Shown piece after piece: positions 1-12,418 of a stretch of 64,000 nt of DNA. Below the pieces are notes generated by a model. The model made no database searches. It worked only from the letters and a program-made list of their open reading frames with translations, and was not told the origin of the DNA. Location of the stretch: NCBI GenBank assembly GCA_040081625.1, contig JBEBGD010000008.1:1-64000 (forward strand), read 5' to 3'. The number at the start of each line of letters is the position of its first letter. Positions within the stretch are counted from its first letter, which is position 1. Made by a program: the position numbers and the translations under genes. The stretch comes from Chthoniobacteraceae bacterium (GTDB lineage: Bacteria; Verrucomicrobiota; Verrucomicrobiia; Chthoniobacterales; Chthoniobacteraceae).

Positions 1-48
1 CCTTTCCCCGCTCGCCAGCGGGGGCGAAGCGCGCTCTGCTCTCCCGCC

Positions 49-2598
49 ATGAAGACTCGCGCGTTCCCCTCCCGCCCCGAACCGCTCGAAGCCCGCATCG
101 CCCCCGCGACGCTCTTCGCGCTCACCACCGCCGGCACGATCCTCGTCTTCGACAGCGCCACGCCCGGCACGATCGCAGACACGCTCACCATCACCGGCCT
201 CGGCGCGGGCGAGACCGTCGTCGGGCTCGACTTCCGCCCGGCGGGCGGCGAACTGCTCGCCACCACGGCGGCCACGGGCTCGGCGAACAACTCGATCGCG
301 ACGACCTATCGCATCGACACGGACACCGGCGCCGCGACGCTCCTCGGCGCGACCGCCACGGCGTTCGCGGGCTGGGGCGATGTCGCGAGCGGCTACGATT
401 TCAACCCGACCCTGGATCGCATCCGCGTGGTGAATGTGAGCAACGAAAACGCGCGCATCAACCCGAACAACGGCGCGCTCGCGGGCAACGACACGGACCT
501 GACTTTCACCGCGCCCGCGACCGGCCCGATCATCGGCGCCGCATACGACCGGAACTTCGTCCACAGCGCCTCCTTCGAGACGACGCTCTACGGCATCGAC
601 CGCGGTGCGAGCCGGCTCGTGCTCATCGGCGGCATCAACAGCAGCCCCAGCCCGAATGTAGGCTCGGTCACGAGCGTCGGCGCGCTCGGCATCCCGCTCG
701 ATCCCAGTTTCGATGCGGGCTTCGAGATCGAAAACGGCACCGGCACCGCCTTCGCCGCGCTGCGCGACGACAACACGAATCTCACCGGCCTCTACACGAT
801 CGACCTCGCCAACGGCGCGGCCACGCTCCTCGGCGCCATCGGCGCAGGCGGCGACGATATTCGCAGCCTCAGCGCAGCGATGCCCGTCGTGTCGCGGGTG
901 AATGCGACCACCGCGACCTACACGGATTCGGACGGCGACCGCGTGACGGTGAAGGTCTCCAAGGGCGACCTCATCGACGCCACCCTCCTGCTCAACGCCG
1001 GGCCGAACGGCGGCGGCCAACTCTCGCTCCTCGACTTCAATGGCGTCGCGACCTTCAACACCACGAACATCAAGATCACCGTGAAAAAGGCGGGCCTCGG
1101 CGACGGCTTTGCGAACGTCGGCTTCATCGACGCCACCGGCATCGACCTCGGCGCGGTGAGCATCCCCGGCGACCTCGGCGCGATCGACGCCGGCGACGCC
1201 ACTCCCACGACCGCCGCCGTGAGGAGCCTCGCCGTGCAGAGCCTGGGCCTCGTCGGCATCGTCCCCGGCGTGCTCAGCCTCCAGAGCGATCTCGTCGGCG
1301 GGCTCGGCAAGCTGACGGTGAAGACCAACGTGAAGGACGCCTTCCTCGACGTGACCGGCGGCGTGGATGGAAAAATCGGCTCGGTGCAGATCGGCGGCTC
1401 GATCATCGGCGGCACGGCGACAAGCAGCGGGCGCATCGCCGCCAGCGACGACATCGGCACGGTGAAAATCGGGCGCGACCTCGTCGGCGGCTCCGGCGCC
1501 CTCACGGGCACGCTCTTTAGCGGCGGCGACGTCCGTAGTCTCAGCGTCGGCGGTTCCCTGCTCGGCGGCTCCGGCTCCGCTACGGCCAACGTCACCATCA
1601 GCGGAAATCTTGGGTCGCTCAAGATCGGGCGCGACGTGCAGGGTGGCTCGGGCGCCAACTCGGGCCTGGTTCAGGTCACCGGCAAAATCCTCGCGGCCAC
1701 GATCGGCGGAGACATGCAGGGGAGCGCTTTTGGATCGGCGAAGATCTCGGGCTCTCTCGGCATCGACCGCCTCACTCTCGGCGGCTCATTGCGCGGCGGT
1801 GCGGGCGACGAGTCCGGCAAGATCGAGTCCACCGGCGGCGCCCTCGGCACGATCAAGATCGGCGGCAACCTCGAGGGCGGCAGCCTCGCGGGCAGCGCCG
1901 CCTCCGGCCTCTCGAGAAGCGGCGGGATCTTCGGCCAGCACATCGGCTCCGTGCTCATCGGCGGCAGCATGCTCGCCGGGCGCGACGACAGCGCCGGCTT
2001 CAGCATCGATCGCAGCGGCGCCATCATCGCCACCGACGCCATCGGCAGCGTGACCATCCGCGGCGACCTTGCGGGCCGCACCGGCACGAGTGGCACCACG
2101 GCCGCGGTCATCGCCGCCCGCGGCCAGGCCTTTCCGTTCCCAGCCGGCGCCACCACCGACATGGCGATCAAGTCGCTCACCGTCGGCGGCCGCGTCGAGC
2201 GGGCAAATATCCTCGCCGGTTACGACGACACGCTCACCGCCACGAACGCCGACGCGCAGATCGGCAAAGTGACCGTCGCCGGCGACTGGATCGCGAGCAA
2301 CCTCGTCGCCGGGATCCAGGACGATGCCGGCGCCGCGTTCAACGCCTTTTTCGGCGATCGCGACGACGAGGTCATCGCCGGCGGCAACGCCGCATTGGTC
2401 TCGCGCATCGGCGCGATCGTCATCAAAGGCCAGGTCTCCGGCAGCGCATTCGGTAGCGATTCCTTCGGCTTCGCCGCGCAGCAGATCGGCGCATTCACCG
2501 TCGGGAAAGCGAAGCTCCCGCTGACCGCGAACACCGATCCGGCGTTCCGCCTCGCCCTCCCCACGCTCGATGTGTCCGTGCAGGAGTTCGCGGTCTGA
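49..2598 (+). CDS. Extracellular Gly-rich beta-solenoid repeat protein with 'EPLEARIAPA' leader and DUF4394-like N-terminal domain
   Basis: N-terminus PEPLEARIAPA resembles the LEPR-XLL/planctomycete extracellular leader. Residues ~20-275 look like DUF4394 (GLDFRPAGGEL, DFNPTLDRIRVV, GAAYDRNF). These are followed by Gly-rich IGGSL.GG repeats shared with the next gene. Confidence 0.7.
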   Translation: MKTRAFPSRPEPLEARIAPATLFALTTAGTILVFDSATPGTIADTLTITGLGAGETVVGLDFRPAGGELLATTAATGSANNSIATTYRIDTDTGAATLLGATATAFAGWGDVASGYDFNPTLDRIRVVNVSNENARINPNNGALAGNDTDLTFTAPATGPIIGAAYDRNFVHSASFETTLYGIDRGASRLVLIGGINSSPSPNVGSVTSVGALGIPLDPSFDAGFEIENGTGTAFAALRDDNTNLTGLYTIDLANGAATLLGAIGAGGDDIRSLSAAMPVVSRVNATTATYTDSDGDRVTVKVSKGDLIDATLLLNAGPNGGGQLSLLDFNGVATFNTTNIKITVKKAGLGDGFANVGFIDATGIDLGAVSIPGDLGAIDAGDATPTTAAVRSLAVQSLGLVGIVPGVLSLQSDLVGGLGKLTVKTNVKDAFLDVTGGVDGKIGSVQIGGSIIGGTATSSGRIAASDDIGTVKIGRDLVGGSGALTGTLFSGGDVRSLSVGGSLLGGSGSATANVTISGNLGSLKIGRDVQGGSGANSGLVQVTGKILAATIGGDMQGSAFGSAKISGSLGIDRLTLGGSLRGGAGDESGKIESTGGALGTIKIGGNLEGGSLAGSAASGLSRSGGIFGQHIGSVLIGGSMLAGRDDSAGFSIDRSGAIIATDAIGSVTIRGDLAGRTGTSGTTAAVIAARGQAFPFPAGATTDMAIKSLTVGGRVERANILAGYDDTLTATNADAQIGKVTVAGDWIASNLVAGIQDDAGAAFNAFFGDRDDEVIAGGNAALVSRIGAIVIKGQVSGSAFGSDSFGFAAQQIGAFTVGKAKLPLTANTDPAFRLALPTLDVSVQEFAV

Positions 2599-2670
2599 GC
2601 GCACCCGCGCGCAACGCCCTGCGCTTTCTCCCGCTCGCAATCACCCGAAGACCCGGCATGGTGGAGGACC

Positions 2671-4602
2671 ATGAAAACCCCTCCCCCCTTCACCCGCATC
2701 GAACCTCTCGAAGCCCGCATCGCCCCGGCGACACTCGTCGGCACAAAAGTCGTTACCTACACCGACGTGGACGGCGACGCGGTCACCATCAAGACCACCG
2801 CCGGCGCCTTCGATCTCATCACGCAGTTCGACTTCGTCCTCGCGGGCGCGGGCGAGCAACTGCAAGGCATCAACCTCGGTGCCGACGCCACCTTCGCGGG
2901 CGCGAGCATCACCATCACCGCCAAGGCCGTGCCCGGCGGCGACGGCTTCGTCAATGTCGGCGCCATCCGCGCGCTGGTCGATCTCGGCAAAGTCACCGTC
3001 AACGGCGACCTCGGCGTGATCGAGGCCGGCGACGGCGGCGCCACGCAGCCCGCACTCAAGGCACTCACCGTGCAGTCCATGGGCCGCTTCGGCGTCGAGA
3101 CGCAGGCGGGCGGCGCGGCGCTCGTCTCCACCATCGACGGCACCCTCCCGGCCTTCACCGTGAAGACCGACCTGCGCGACGTGGAGATCAACGTGCTCGG
3201 CGACCTCTCGAAACTCACGCTCGGCTCGCTCATCGGCGGCATGTCCGATCTCTCCGGGCGCATCACCACCACCGGCGATGTCGGCACGGTGAAAATCACG
3301 CGCGACGTTCGCGGCGGCGTCGGCAGCTCGAGCGGCACCATCGAAGCCGGCGGTGCGATCAAGTCGCTCACCATCCTCGGTTCGGTCATCGGCGGCACCG
3401 GCGACAACTCCGCGCGCATCAGCAGCGTCACGACCATGGGCAAGGTCAGCATCACCGGAAACCTCATGGGCTCACAGGGCATCGAGTCCGGCTTCCTGCA
3501 TGCCGGCGGCGCCATCGCCGGCGTAACGCTCGGCGCCATGTTTGGCGGCGTCGGCATGAGCAGCGGCAGCATCACCAGCGACACCGCGATCGGCACGGTG
3601 AAAATCAAACGCGGCATCGACGGCGGCATCGGCGAACACTCCGGCGAACTCGTCGCCGGCACCACGCTCGGCTCCGTCACCCTCGGCGCCTCGCTCACCG
3701 GCGCCATGGGCATGTTCAGCGGCCGGATCGCCGCGGGGACCAGCGCCGGCGCGATCAAGATCGGCGGCGACGTGGTCGGCGGCAGCAGCGAGAACTCCGG
3801 CGTCATCCAGAGCGATGCCGACATCAAATCCGTCACCCTCGGCGGCTCACTCATCGGCGGCCCGGCCCCATTCACCGGCACCCTCTCCGCCTTCGGCACC
3901 CTCGGCCCCGTCAAGATCGGCGGCGATTTGCTCGGCGGAAATGCGGAGTTCGACGGCGTGGCGGTCGAGCGCAGTGGCGGCATCCGCGCAGGCCGCCTGC
4001 CGGCCATCACCATCGGCGGCTCCATGCTCTCCGGCGTGAACCGCAGCGGCACCGGCACGCTCGACACCAGCGGCACCATCGTCGCCACCGACGACATCGG
4101 AACAATCTCCATCAAGGGCGACCTGCTCGGAAGCGCGAGCACGAACGCGAGCATCACCGCGCGCGGCCAGTCCGTGCTCGCGGTCGCTGCGACGGGCGAC
4201 CTCGCCATCAAGAGCGTCTCCATCGGCGGCAGCGTGGATCGCGCCGTCATCTCCGTCGGCGCCGGGCTCAACGCCGACGCGCAGATCGGCAGCCTGAGCG
4301 TGGGCGGCGACTGGTCGCGCAGCAGCATCGCAGCCGGCATCGATCCGGTGAACGGATTCTTCGGCGGCACGAACGACCTGCTCATCGCAGACGCAGACGA
4401 CCGCGCGAATATCGACTCGTGCATCGGCTCGATCATCATCAAGGGCCAGGCACTCGGCACCGCGGACGGCACCGGCGAGTTCGGCTTCGTCGCCGAGCAG
4501 ATCGGCTCGCTGAAGATCGGCAGCGCCAAATTCCCGCTGACCTCCGGCGACGACGTGATCCCCATCGGCGGCAGCGGCGACTTCTTCGTGCGCGAGATTT
4601 AA
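2671..4602 (+). CDS. Paralogous Gly-rich beta-solenoid repeat protein with 'IEPLEARIAPA' leader
   Basis: GGAGGA RBS before the ATG. Shares the leader, the TYTD.DGD.VT motif, the Gly-rich repeats and the NADAQIG...GDW...FGF.A.QIG C-terminal block with 49..2598. Confidence 0.7.
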   Translation: MKTPPPFTRIEPLEARIAPATLVGTKVVTYTDVDGDAVTIKTTAGAFDLITQFDFVLAGAGEQLQGINLGADATFAGASITITAKAVPGGDGFVNVGAIRALVDLGKVTVNGDLGVIEAGDGGATQPALKALTVQSMGRFGVETQAGGAALVSTIDGTLPAFTVKTDLRDVEINVLGDLSKLTLGSLIGGMSDLSGRITTTGDVGTVKITRDVRGGVGSSSGTIEAGGAIKSLTILGSVIGGTGDNSARISSVTTMGKVSITGNLMGSQGIESGFLHAGGAIAGVTLGAMFGGVGMSSGSITSDTAIGTVKIKRGIDGGIGEHSGELVAGTTLGSVTLGASLTGAMGMFSGRIAAGTSAGAIKIGGDVVGGSSENSGVIQSDADIKSVTLGGSLIGGPAPFTGTLSAFGTLGPVKIGGDLLGGNAEFDGVAVERSGGIRAGRLPAITIGGSMLSGVNRSGTGTLDTSGTIVATDDIGTISIKGDLLGSASTNASITARGQSVLAVAATGDLAIKSVSIGGSVDRAVISVGAGLNADAQIGSLSVGGDWSRSSIAAGIDPVNGFFGGTNDLLIADADDRANIDSCIGSIIIKGQALGTADGTGEFGFVAEQIGSLKIGSAKFPLTSGDDVIPIGGSGDFFVREI

Positions 4603-4656
4603 GGTCGGCGCTTTACCCGCCGCCGTGGCTGGCTAGTCTGCGCGCCCTTTTTCCCG

Positions 4657-7773
<3,117 letters not shown>

Positions 7774-7779
7774 TCGCGC

Positions 7780-8136
7780 ATGGCGAAGCGCAGCGAGTTC
7801 GTCGACTACATCCTCGAGCAGCTCGCGCCGCTCGGTGAGGTGACCGCGCGGTCGATGTTCGGCGGCTACGGCATTTATCTCGACGGCCGCATGTTTGCGC
7901 TCGTGGCCGACGACACGCTGTATGTGAAGGTGGACGACGGGAACCGAGCGGAGTTCGAGCGCGAGGGCTTGCAGCCGTTTCGCTACGCGCGGACCGATTC
8001 GGAAGTGGCCGTGATGTCCTACTATCAGCCCCCGGGCGCTGCGATCGATGATCGCGAGGCGCTCTGCGCATGGGCGCAAAAGGGCGTGGAGGCTGCAACG
8101 CGCGCCGCAGCGAAGCCCCGCCGCCGGAAGAAGTGA
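7780..8136 (+). CDS. TfoX/Sxy N-terminal domain protein
   Basis: RSMFGGYGIY...MFALVADDTLYVKVD...MSYYQ signature. Confidence 0.88.
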   Translation: MAKRSEFVDYILEQLAPLGEVTARSMFGGYGIYLDGRMFALVADDTLYVKVDDGNRAEFEREGLQPFRYARTDSEVAVMSYYQPPGAAIDDREALCAWAQKGVEAATRAAAKPRRRKK

Positions 8137-9245
8137 GCGAGACTCCGGCTCCTGCTCTCAAGGAGTGGTTCAACGAAGCGCGCTACCGGCAGATCGCGCG
8201 CGACGTGGCGGCGATCCATCGCGGATTCGATACGCGCCGGTTTCTCGCGCTCACGCTGCCCGACCTCGCGCCGCTCGCCCTTCTCGCGCGCCTGCGCCGC
8301 GCGACCGAAGCCCTGCGCGCCACGCTGCCCGACGACTACGCCACCGCGCTCGACGTGCTGCGCGAGCTGGCGCCGAGCTTCGATCACAATTTCGTTTCGC
8401 TGGTGCTGCCCGATTTCGTCGGCCTCTACGGGCTCGATGACTTCGACCGCTCGCTCGATGCGCTGAAGTTCTTCACCACATTCGGCTCGTCCGAGTTTGC
8501 GATCCGCGAATTTCTCCGTCGCGACCTGCCGCGGACCTTGCGCACGATGGAGCGCTGGTCGCGCGACGACAACGAGCACGTCCGCCGTCTCGCGAGCGAA
8601 GGCAGCCGGCCGCGCCTGCCGTGGTCGTTCAAGCTCACCGCGCTCATCGCCGATCCCTCGCCCGTCGCGCCGATCCTCGAAAACCTCCGCGCCGACCCGA
8701 GCCTCTACGTGCGCAAGTCGGTCGCGAATCACCTCAACGACATCACCAAGGATCATCCCGCATGGGTGCTCGACCGGCTGGCCACGTGGGATCTCGGCCA
8801 CCCGCACACCGCGTGGATCGCGAAGCGCGCACTGCGCACGCTGATCAAGATGGGCGACCGCCGCGCGCTCGGCGTCATCGGAGCCGGCGAGCGCGCGCGG
8901 ATCCAGCTCGACGCTTTCTCCGTGAGCCCGCGAAGGCTGCAGCTCGGCGAAACACTGACGTTCGCCTGCACGATCACGTCCACCGCGCGCAGAGCGCAGA
9001 AGCTCGTGATCGACTACGCGATCCACTACGTGAAGCAGTCGGGCACGGCGTCGGCGAAGGTCTTCAAGTGGAAGGAAACCACGCTCGCCCCCGGCGCGAG
9101 CCTGACGCTCGTGAAACGCCAGCGCATTCAAGACTTCACCACACGCAAACACCACGCCGGGAAACACGCGGCGGAGCTGATGGTGAACGGCGAACGGATC
9201 GCGGAAGGCGCGTTCAATTTGGTGCTCGCGAAACCTTCGGCGTGA
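8133..9245 (+). CDS. DNA alkylation repair protein (HEAT-like, AlkC/AlkD-related)
   Basis: SSEFAIREFL, HVRRLASEGSRPRLPW, YVRKSVANHLNDI. The GTG start overlaps the upstream TGA. Confidence 0.85.
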   Translation: MSETPAPALKEWFNEARYRQIARDVAAIHRGFDTRRFLALTLPDLAPLALLARLRRATEALRATLPDDYATALDVLRELAPSFDHNFVSLVLPDFVGLYGLDDFDRSLDALKFFTTFGSSEFAIREFLRRDLPRTLRTMERWSRDDNEHVRRLASEGSRPRLPWSFKLTALIADPSPVAPILENLRADPSLYVRKSVANHLNDITKDHPAWVLDRLATWDLGHPHTAWIAKRALRTLIKMGDRRALGVIGAGERARIQLDAFSVSPRRLQLGETLTFACTITSTARRAQKLVIDYAIHYVKQSGTASAKVFKWKETTLAPGASLTLVKRQRIQDFTTRKHHAGKHAAELMVNGERIAEGAFNLVLAKPSA

Positions 9246-9317
9246 GTGGAAACCTCGCTTCGCTCCGATCGCTCGCGCGATTTGACGTCCGGCGGGAGAA
9301 TCCCTAAACCAATGACC

Positions 9318-9998
9318 ATGCCCTCCGAAAAGCACTTCGAGATTCGCCGCTTCGAGCGCGCCGATCGCGAGCGCGTGCGCGAGCTGTGCTGCGAGACGGG
9401 CTTTCTCGGCAAGGCGATCGACCCGGTCTTCGAGGATCGCGAACTCTTCGCCGACTACCTCACCGCCTACTACACGGACTGGGAACCGCAGTCGTCCTTC
9501 GTGCTGCTCGTGAACGGCAAAATCCTCGGCTACCTGCTCGGCTCGCGCTTTCCGCTGCGGCAGCAGCTCTACAACTTCTACAACAACATCGCGCTCTTCC
9601 TGCGCGGCGTCGTCCGCTACCCGCGCTACAACGCGGCGTCGAAGAAGTTCGTGAAGTGGGTGCTCACGCAGGCGTGGCGCGAAGTCCCGCAGGCGCCGCG
9701 GCGCACCGCGCACTTTCACATCAACCTGCTCCCCGACGCCCGCAGCGTCGCGAACGCGCGCGCGATCACGAACGCATATCTCCAATACCTCCACGACGCT
9801 GGCGAGAAGCGCGTCTTCGGGCAGATGGTCGTCTTCGAGGACCGGCGCGGGACGAAGATGTTCGAGCGCTACGGTTTCAAGGTGCTGAACAAGGCCGAGA
9901 TCACCAAGTATCGCGACCTGCACCCCGAGCCGGTCTATCTCTGCACCGTTGTGAAGGACCTCGACGACAACAGCCACCTCTGCGTGAAAGGCCCGTAA
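9318..9998 (+). CDS. GNAT-family N-acetyltransferase
   Basis: IRRFERADRERVRELCCETG, AHFHINLLPDAR, FERYGF. Start chosen behind a TTGACG-N17-TAAACC promoter-like motif; 9312 is an alternative. Confidence 0.7.
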   Translation: MPSEKHFEIRRFERADRERVRELCCETGFLGKAIDPVFEDRELFADYLTAYYTDWEPQSSFVLLVNGKILGYLLGSRFPLRQQLYNFYNNIALFLRGVVRYPRYNAASKKFVKWVLTQAWREVPQAPRRTAHFHINLLPDARSVANARAITNAYLQYLHDAGEKRVFGQMVVFEDRRGTKMFERYGFKVLNKAEITKYRDLHPEPVYLCTVVKDLDDNSHLCVKGP

Positions 9999-10002
9999 CG
10001 AC

Positions 10003-11220
10003 GTGGCGACACCGCGGTGGTTCGCACTTCTGCTGATCCTGCTCTGCGGCGTCCGCGCGGAGCTGAAGGTCGCGACGGATTTCGAGGGCGGCTCGGCGCG
10101 CGTGATCTCCATCGACGACGCGACGCAGACGATCCGCTTCATGCCCGGCGGCGATCCCGCGCGCGGGTGGCCATGCTGGTGGTTTCTGCGCGTCGATGGC
10201 GCGGAGCCGGGCGCGATCATCGCGTTCGAGATCGTCGCATCCGATCGCGTCATTCCGCAGACCGGCGGAAATAAGGGCAAGCCGTTGCCCGTAAGTTGGG
10301 CCACTCCGGTGCGCGCTGCGGTGTCTTCGGACGGCACGACGTTGCAGCACACCGAGCCCGGCGGGAAGCGCGCCGACGGGATGACGTGGCGAGTGAAGGC
10401 AGGCGCGAAAAGTGTGTGGCTCGCGTGGGGGCCGCCGTTCACGCCGCGCGATGCCGCCGCGCTCGTGAAGTCGCTGCCGCATGGCGAGCCGTTCACGCTC
10501 GCCCGCTCACGCGAAGGGCGCGACGTGCCGGGGGTTCGCGTCGGAAATGGCGGCTTCGGCGTGTGGGTGCAGGCGCGGCAACATGCGTGGGAAAGCGGTT
10601 CGAGCTGGGTGTGCCGCGGCTTCGCGGAATGGATCGCGGGCGACGACGAGGCCGCGCGCTGGCTGCGCGAGCACGCGGAGATTTTCATCGTGCCGTTGAT
10701 GGACGTGGATCACGTTGCGACCGGCGACGGCGGAAAGGAGGCGCTGCCGCAGGATCACAATCGCGACTGGTCGGACGCGGCGCACTGGCCGGAAGTCGCC
10801 GCCGCGCAACAACGCCTCGCGAGCCTCGCCGCGGCGAACCGGCTCGACGTTTTCCTCGACCTTCACAACCCCGGCCCGGGCGATCTCAGCAGCTTCTTCT
10901 TCGCCGGCGAGGACTCGATGGTGCCGGAAGCCGCGCGGAAGAATCGCGACCGCTTTTTCGCGCTCACGAAGGAACATCTACGCGGCCCGATTCCGCACGA
11001 TCCGAAGCCGCGGCCGAGCGGCGCGAACTATCACCCGCTCTGGCGGCAGATGAGCGGCAACTGGGTGACCGCCCACGGCAACCCGCACACGCTTTCGCTC
11101 TGCCTCGAAACGGCATGGAACACTCCCGCGAGCACGACCGCCGGCTACATGAGCACCGGCGCGCAGCTCGCGGCAGCAGTCGCCGCCTACCTCCGCGAGA
11201 ACCCGCGCGCGGCCCGGTAG
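10003..11220 (+). CDS. Secreted M14-family zinc carboxypeptidase
   Basis: Signal peptide, TDFEGGS N-domain, ARQHAWE (HxxE), DHNRDW, LDLHNP, CLETAWN. Confidence 0.8.
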   Translation: MATPRWFALLLILLCGVRAELKVATDFEGGSARVISIDDATQTIRFMPGGDPARGWPCWWFLRVDGAEPGAIIAFEIVASDRVIPQTGGNKGKPLPVSWATPVRAAVSSDGTTLQHTEPGGKRADGMTWRVKAGAKSVWLAWGPPFTPRDAAALVKSLPHGEPFTLARSREGRDVPGVRVGNGGFGVWVQARQHAWESGSSWVCRGFAEWIAGDDEAARWLREHAEIFIVPLMDVDHVATGDGGKEALPQDHNRDWSDAAHWPEVAAAQQRLASLAAANRLDVFLDLHNPGPGDLSSFFFAGEDSMVPEAARKNRDRFFALTKEHLRGPIPHDPKPRPSGANYHPLWRQMSGNWVTAHGNPHTLSLCLETAWNTPASTTAGYMSTGAQLAAAVAAYLRENPRAAR

Positions 11221-11236
11221 ATTCGCCGGGCAACGA

Positions 11237-11415
11237 GTCGCGGAGCGATGCCCCGACAATAGCCCGGCGCTTCAGCGCCGGGACCCGCCCGCCAAACGGA
11301 CACGTCGCGGAGCGACGGCTGCGCTGTTCAACCGTCGCTCCGCGACGCATCCATGCGGTCCGCACGAACCCGGCAGTGAACTGCCGGGCTATTTTTCGGG
11401 GCGTCGCTCCGCGAC
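11237..11415. repeat. ~180-bp composite palindromic REP/MITE-like element between convergent genes
   Basis: gtcgcggagcga / aatagcccggcgcttcagcgccggg / cgtcgcggagcgacg are mirrored by cgtcgctccgcgacg / cccggcagtgaactgccgggctatt / gcgtcgctccgcgac. Confidence 0.8.
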
Positions 11416-11447
11416 GAACGTGCGGAGCCGGATGTGCTTTAGCAGCG

Positions 11448-12314
11448 CTACCGTTTCGGCCAGTCGCTCCAGAGCCAGCGCAACGTGTCGGGCAGGATCG
11501 ATGCGCCGTGCTTCGCGCTGTGGCTGCCGGTCCCGAACTCAAACTTGTAATCGTAGCCGGCGAACTTCAGCGCCGCGGCCATGTCCTGGTTCGCGAGCGG
11601 CCAGTGGCCGTGCATGTTGTCGAGATCGTTCGAGCCTTCCTGCAGGAAGACACGCAGCGGCTTGCGCTCGGTCTTGCGAATGAGCGCGGGAAAGACGTGG
11701 CCGCCGCGGATGTTCGTGAAGCTGCCGATCCAACTCACCACCTTGCGAAATTTGTCCGGCCGCTCCCACGCGACGGTGAATGCCGCGATGCCACCGCTCG
11801 ACGCGCCGGCGATGCTCCAACCGTCGGGATTGTCGGTGAGGTTGTAGTCCTTCCGCACCTGCGGGACGATCTCGTCGATGACAAAGCGCGCGTTCGCATC
11901 GCCGAGCGAATCGTATTCGAAGCTGCGATTGCTGCGGTCCTTCGCGCCCAGCGCGGTCGCCTTGAACATGCCGGGCTGGATGAAGATGCCGATGATCACG
12001 GGCAGTTCCTTTTTCGCGATGAGGTTGTCGAGCACCACGGGCACGCGCGTGCCGCCGTCGCGCTTCGCGTAGCCGTTGCCGTCGAAGCATACCATCACGC
12101 ACGCGGGCTTCGCGGCGTTGTATTGCGCGGGCACGTAGAGCTGCCAGTCGTGCGTGGTGCCGGGGAAAACCTTGCTGTCGGTGAAGCTGAACGTCTTCAA
12201 CTCGCCCTGCGGCACGCCGGGCTGCGACTGGCTGTCGGGGCCGAGCACGTAGGCGGCGTTCGGATCTTCGGCGGCGAAGGCGGCAGTGGCGGCGAGGATG
12301 AGGAGAGGGCGCAT
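11448..12314 (-). CDS. Secreted enterochelin-esterase-like alpha/beta hydrolase
   Basis: Signal peptide, GASSGG nucleophile motif, NRSFEYD, GSFTNIRGG, GTGSH. Confidence 0.85.
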   Translation of the reverse strand: MRPLLILAATAAFAAEDPNAAYVLGPDSQSQPGVPQGELKTFSFTDSKVFPGTTHDWQLYVPAQYNAAKPACVMVCFDGNGYAKRDGGTRVPVVLDNLIAKKELPVIIGIFIQPGMFKATALGAKDRSNRSFEYDSLGDANARFVIDEIVPQVRKDYNLTDNPDGWSIAGASSGGIAAFTVAWERPDKFRKVVSWIGSFTNIRGGHVFPALIRKTERKPLRVFLQEGSNDLDNMHGHWPLANQDMAAALKFAGYDYKFEFGTGSHSAKHGASILPDTLRWLWSDWPKR

Positions 12315-12418
12315 GGCCGGCGTGTTTGCACGGCGGCCCGCGCCGGCACAACGCGAAATCCGCGAATCGAAAAGTTGTTCCTTGTCTGGCGCAGCGCGCA
12401 CGCGTTCTCCTGCACGCC

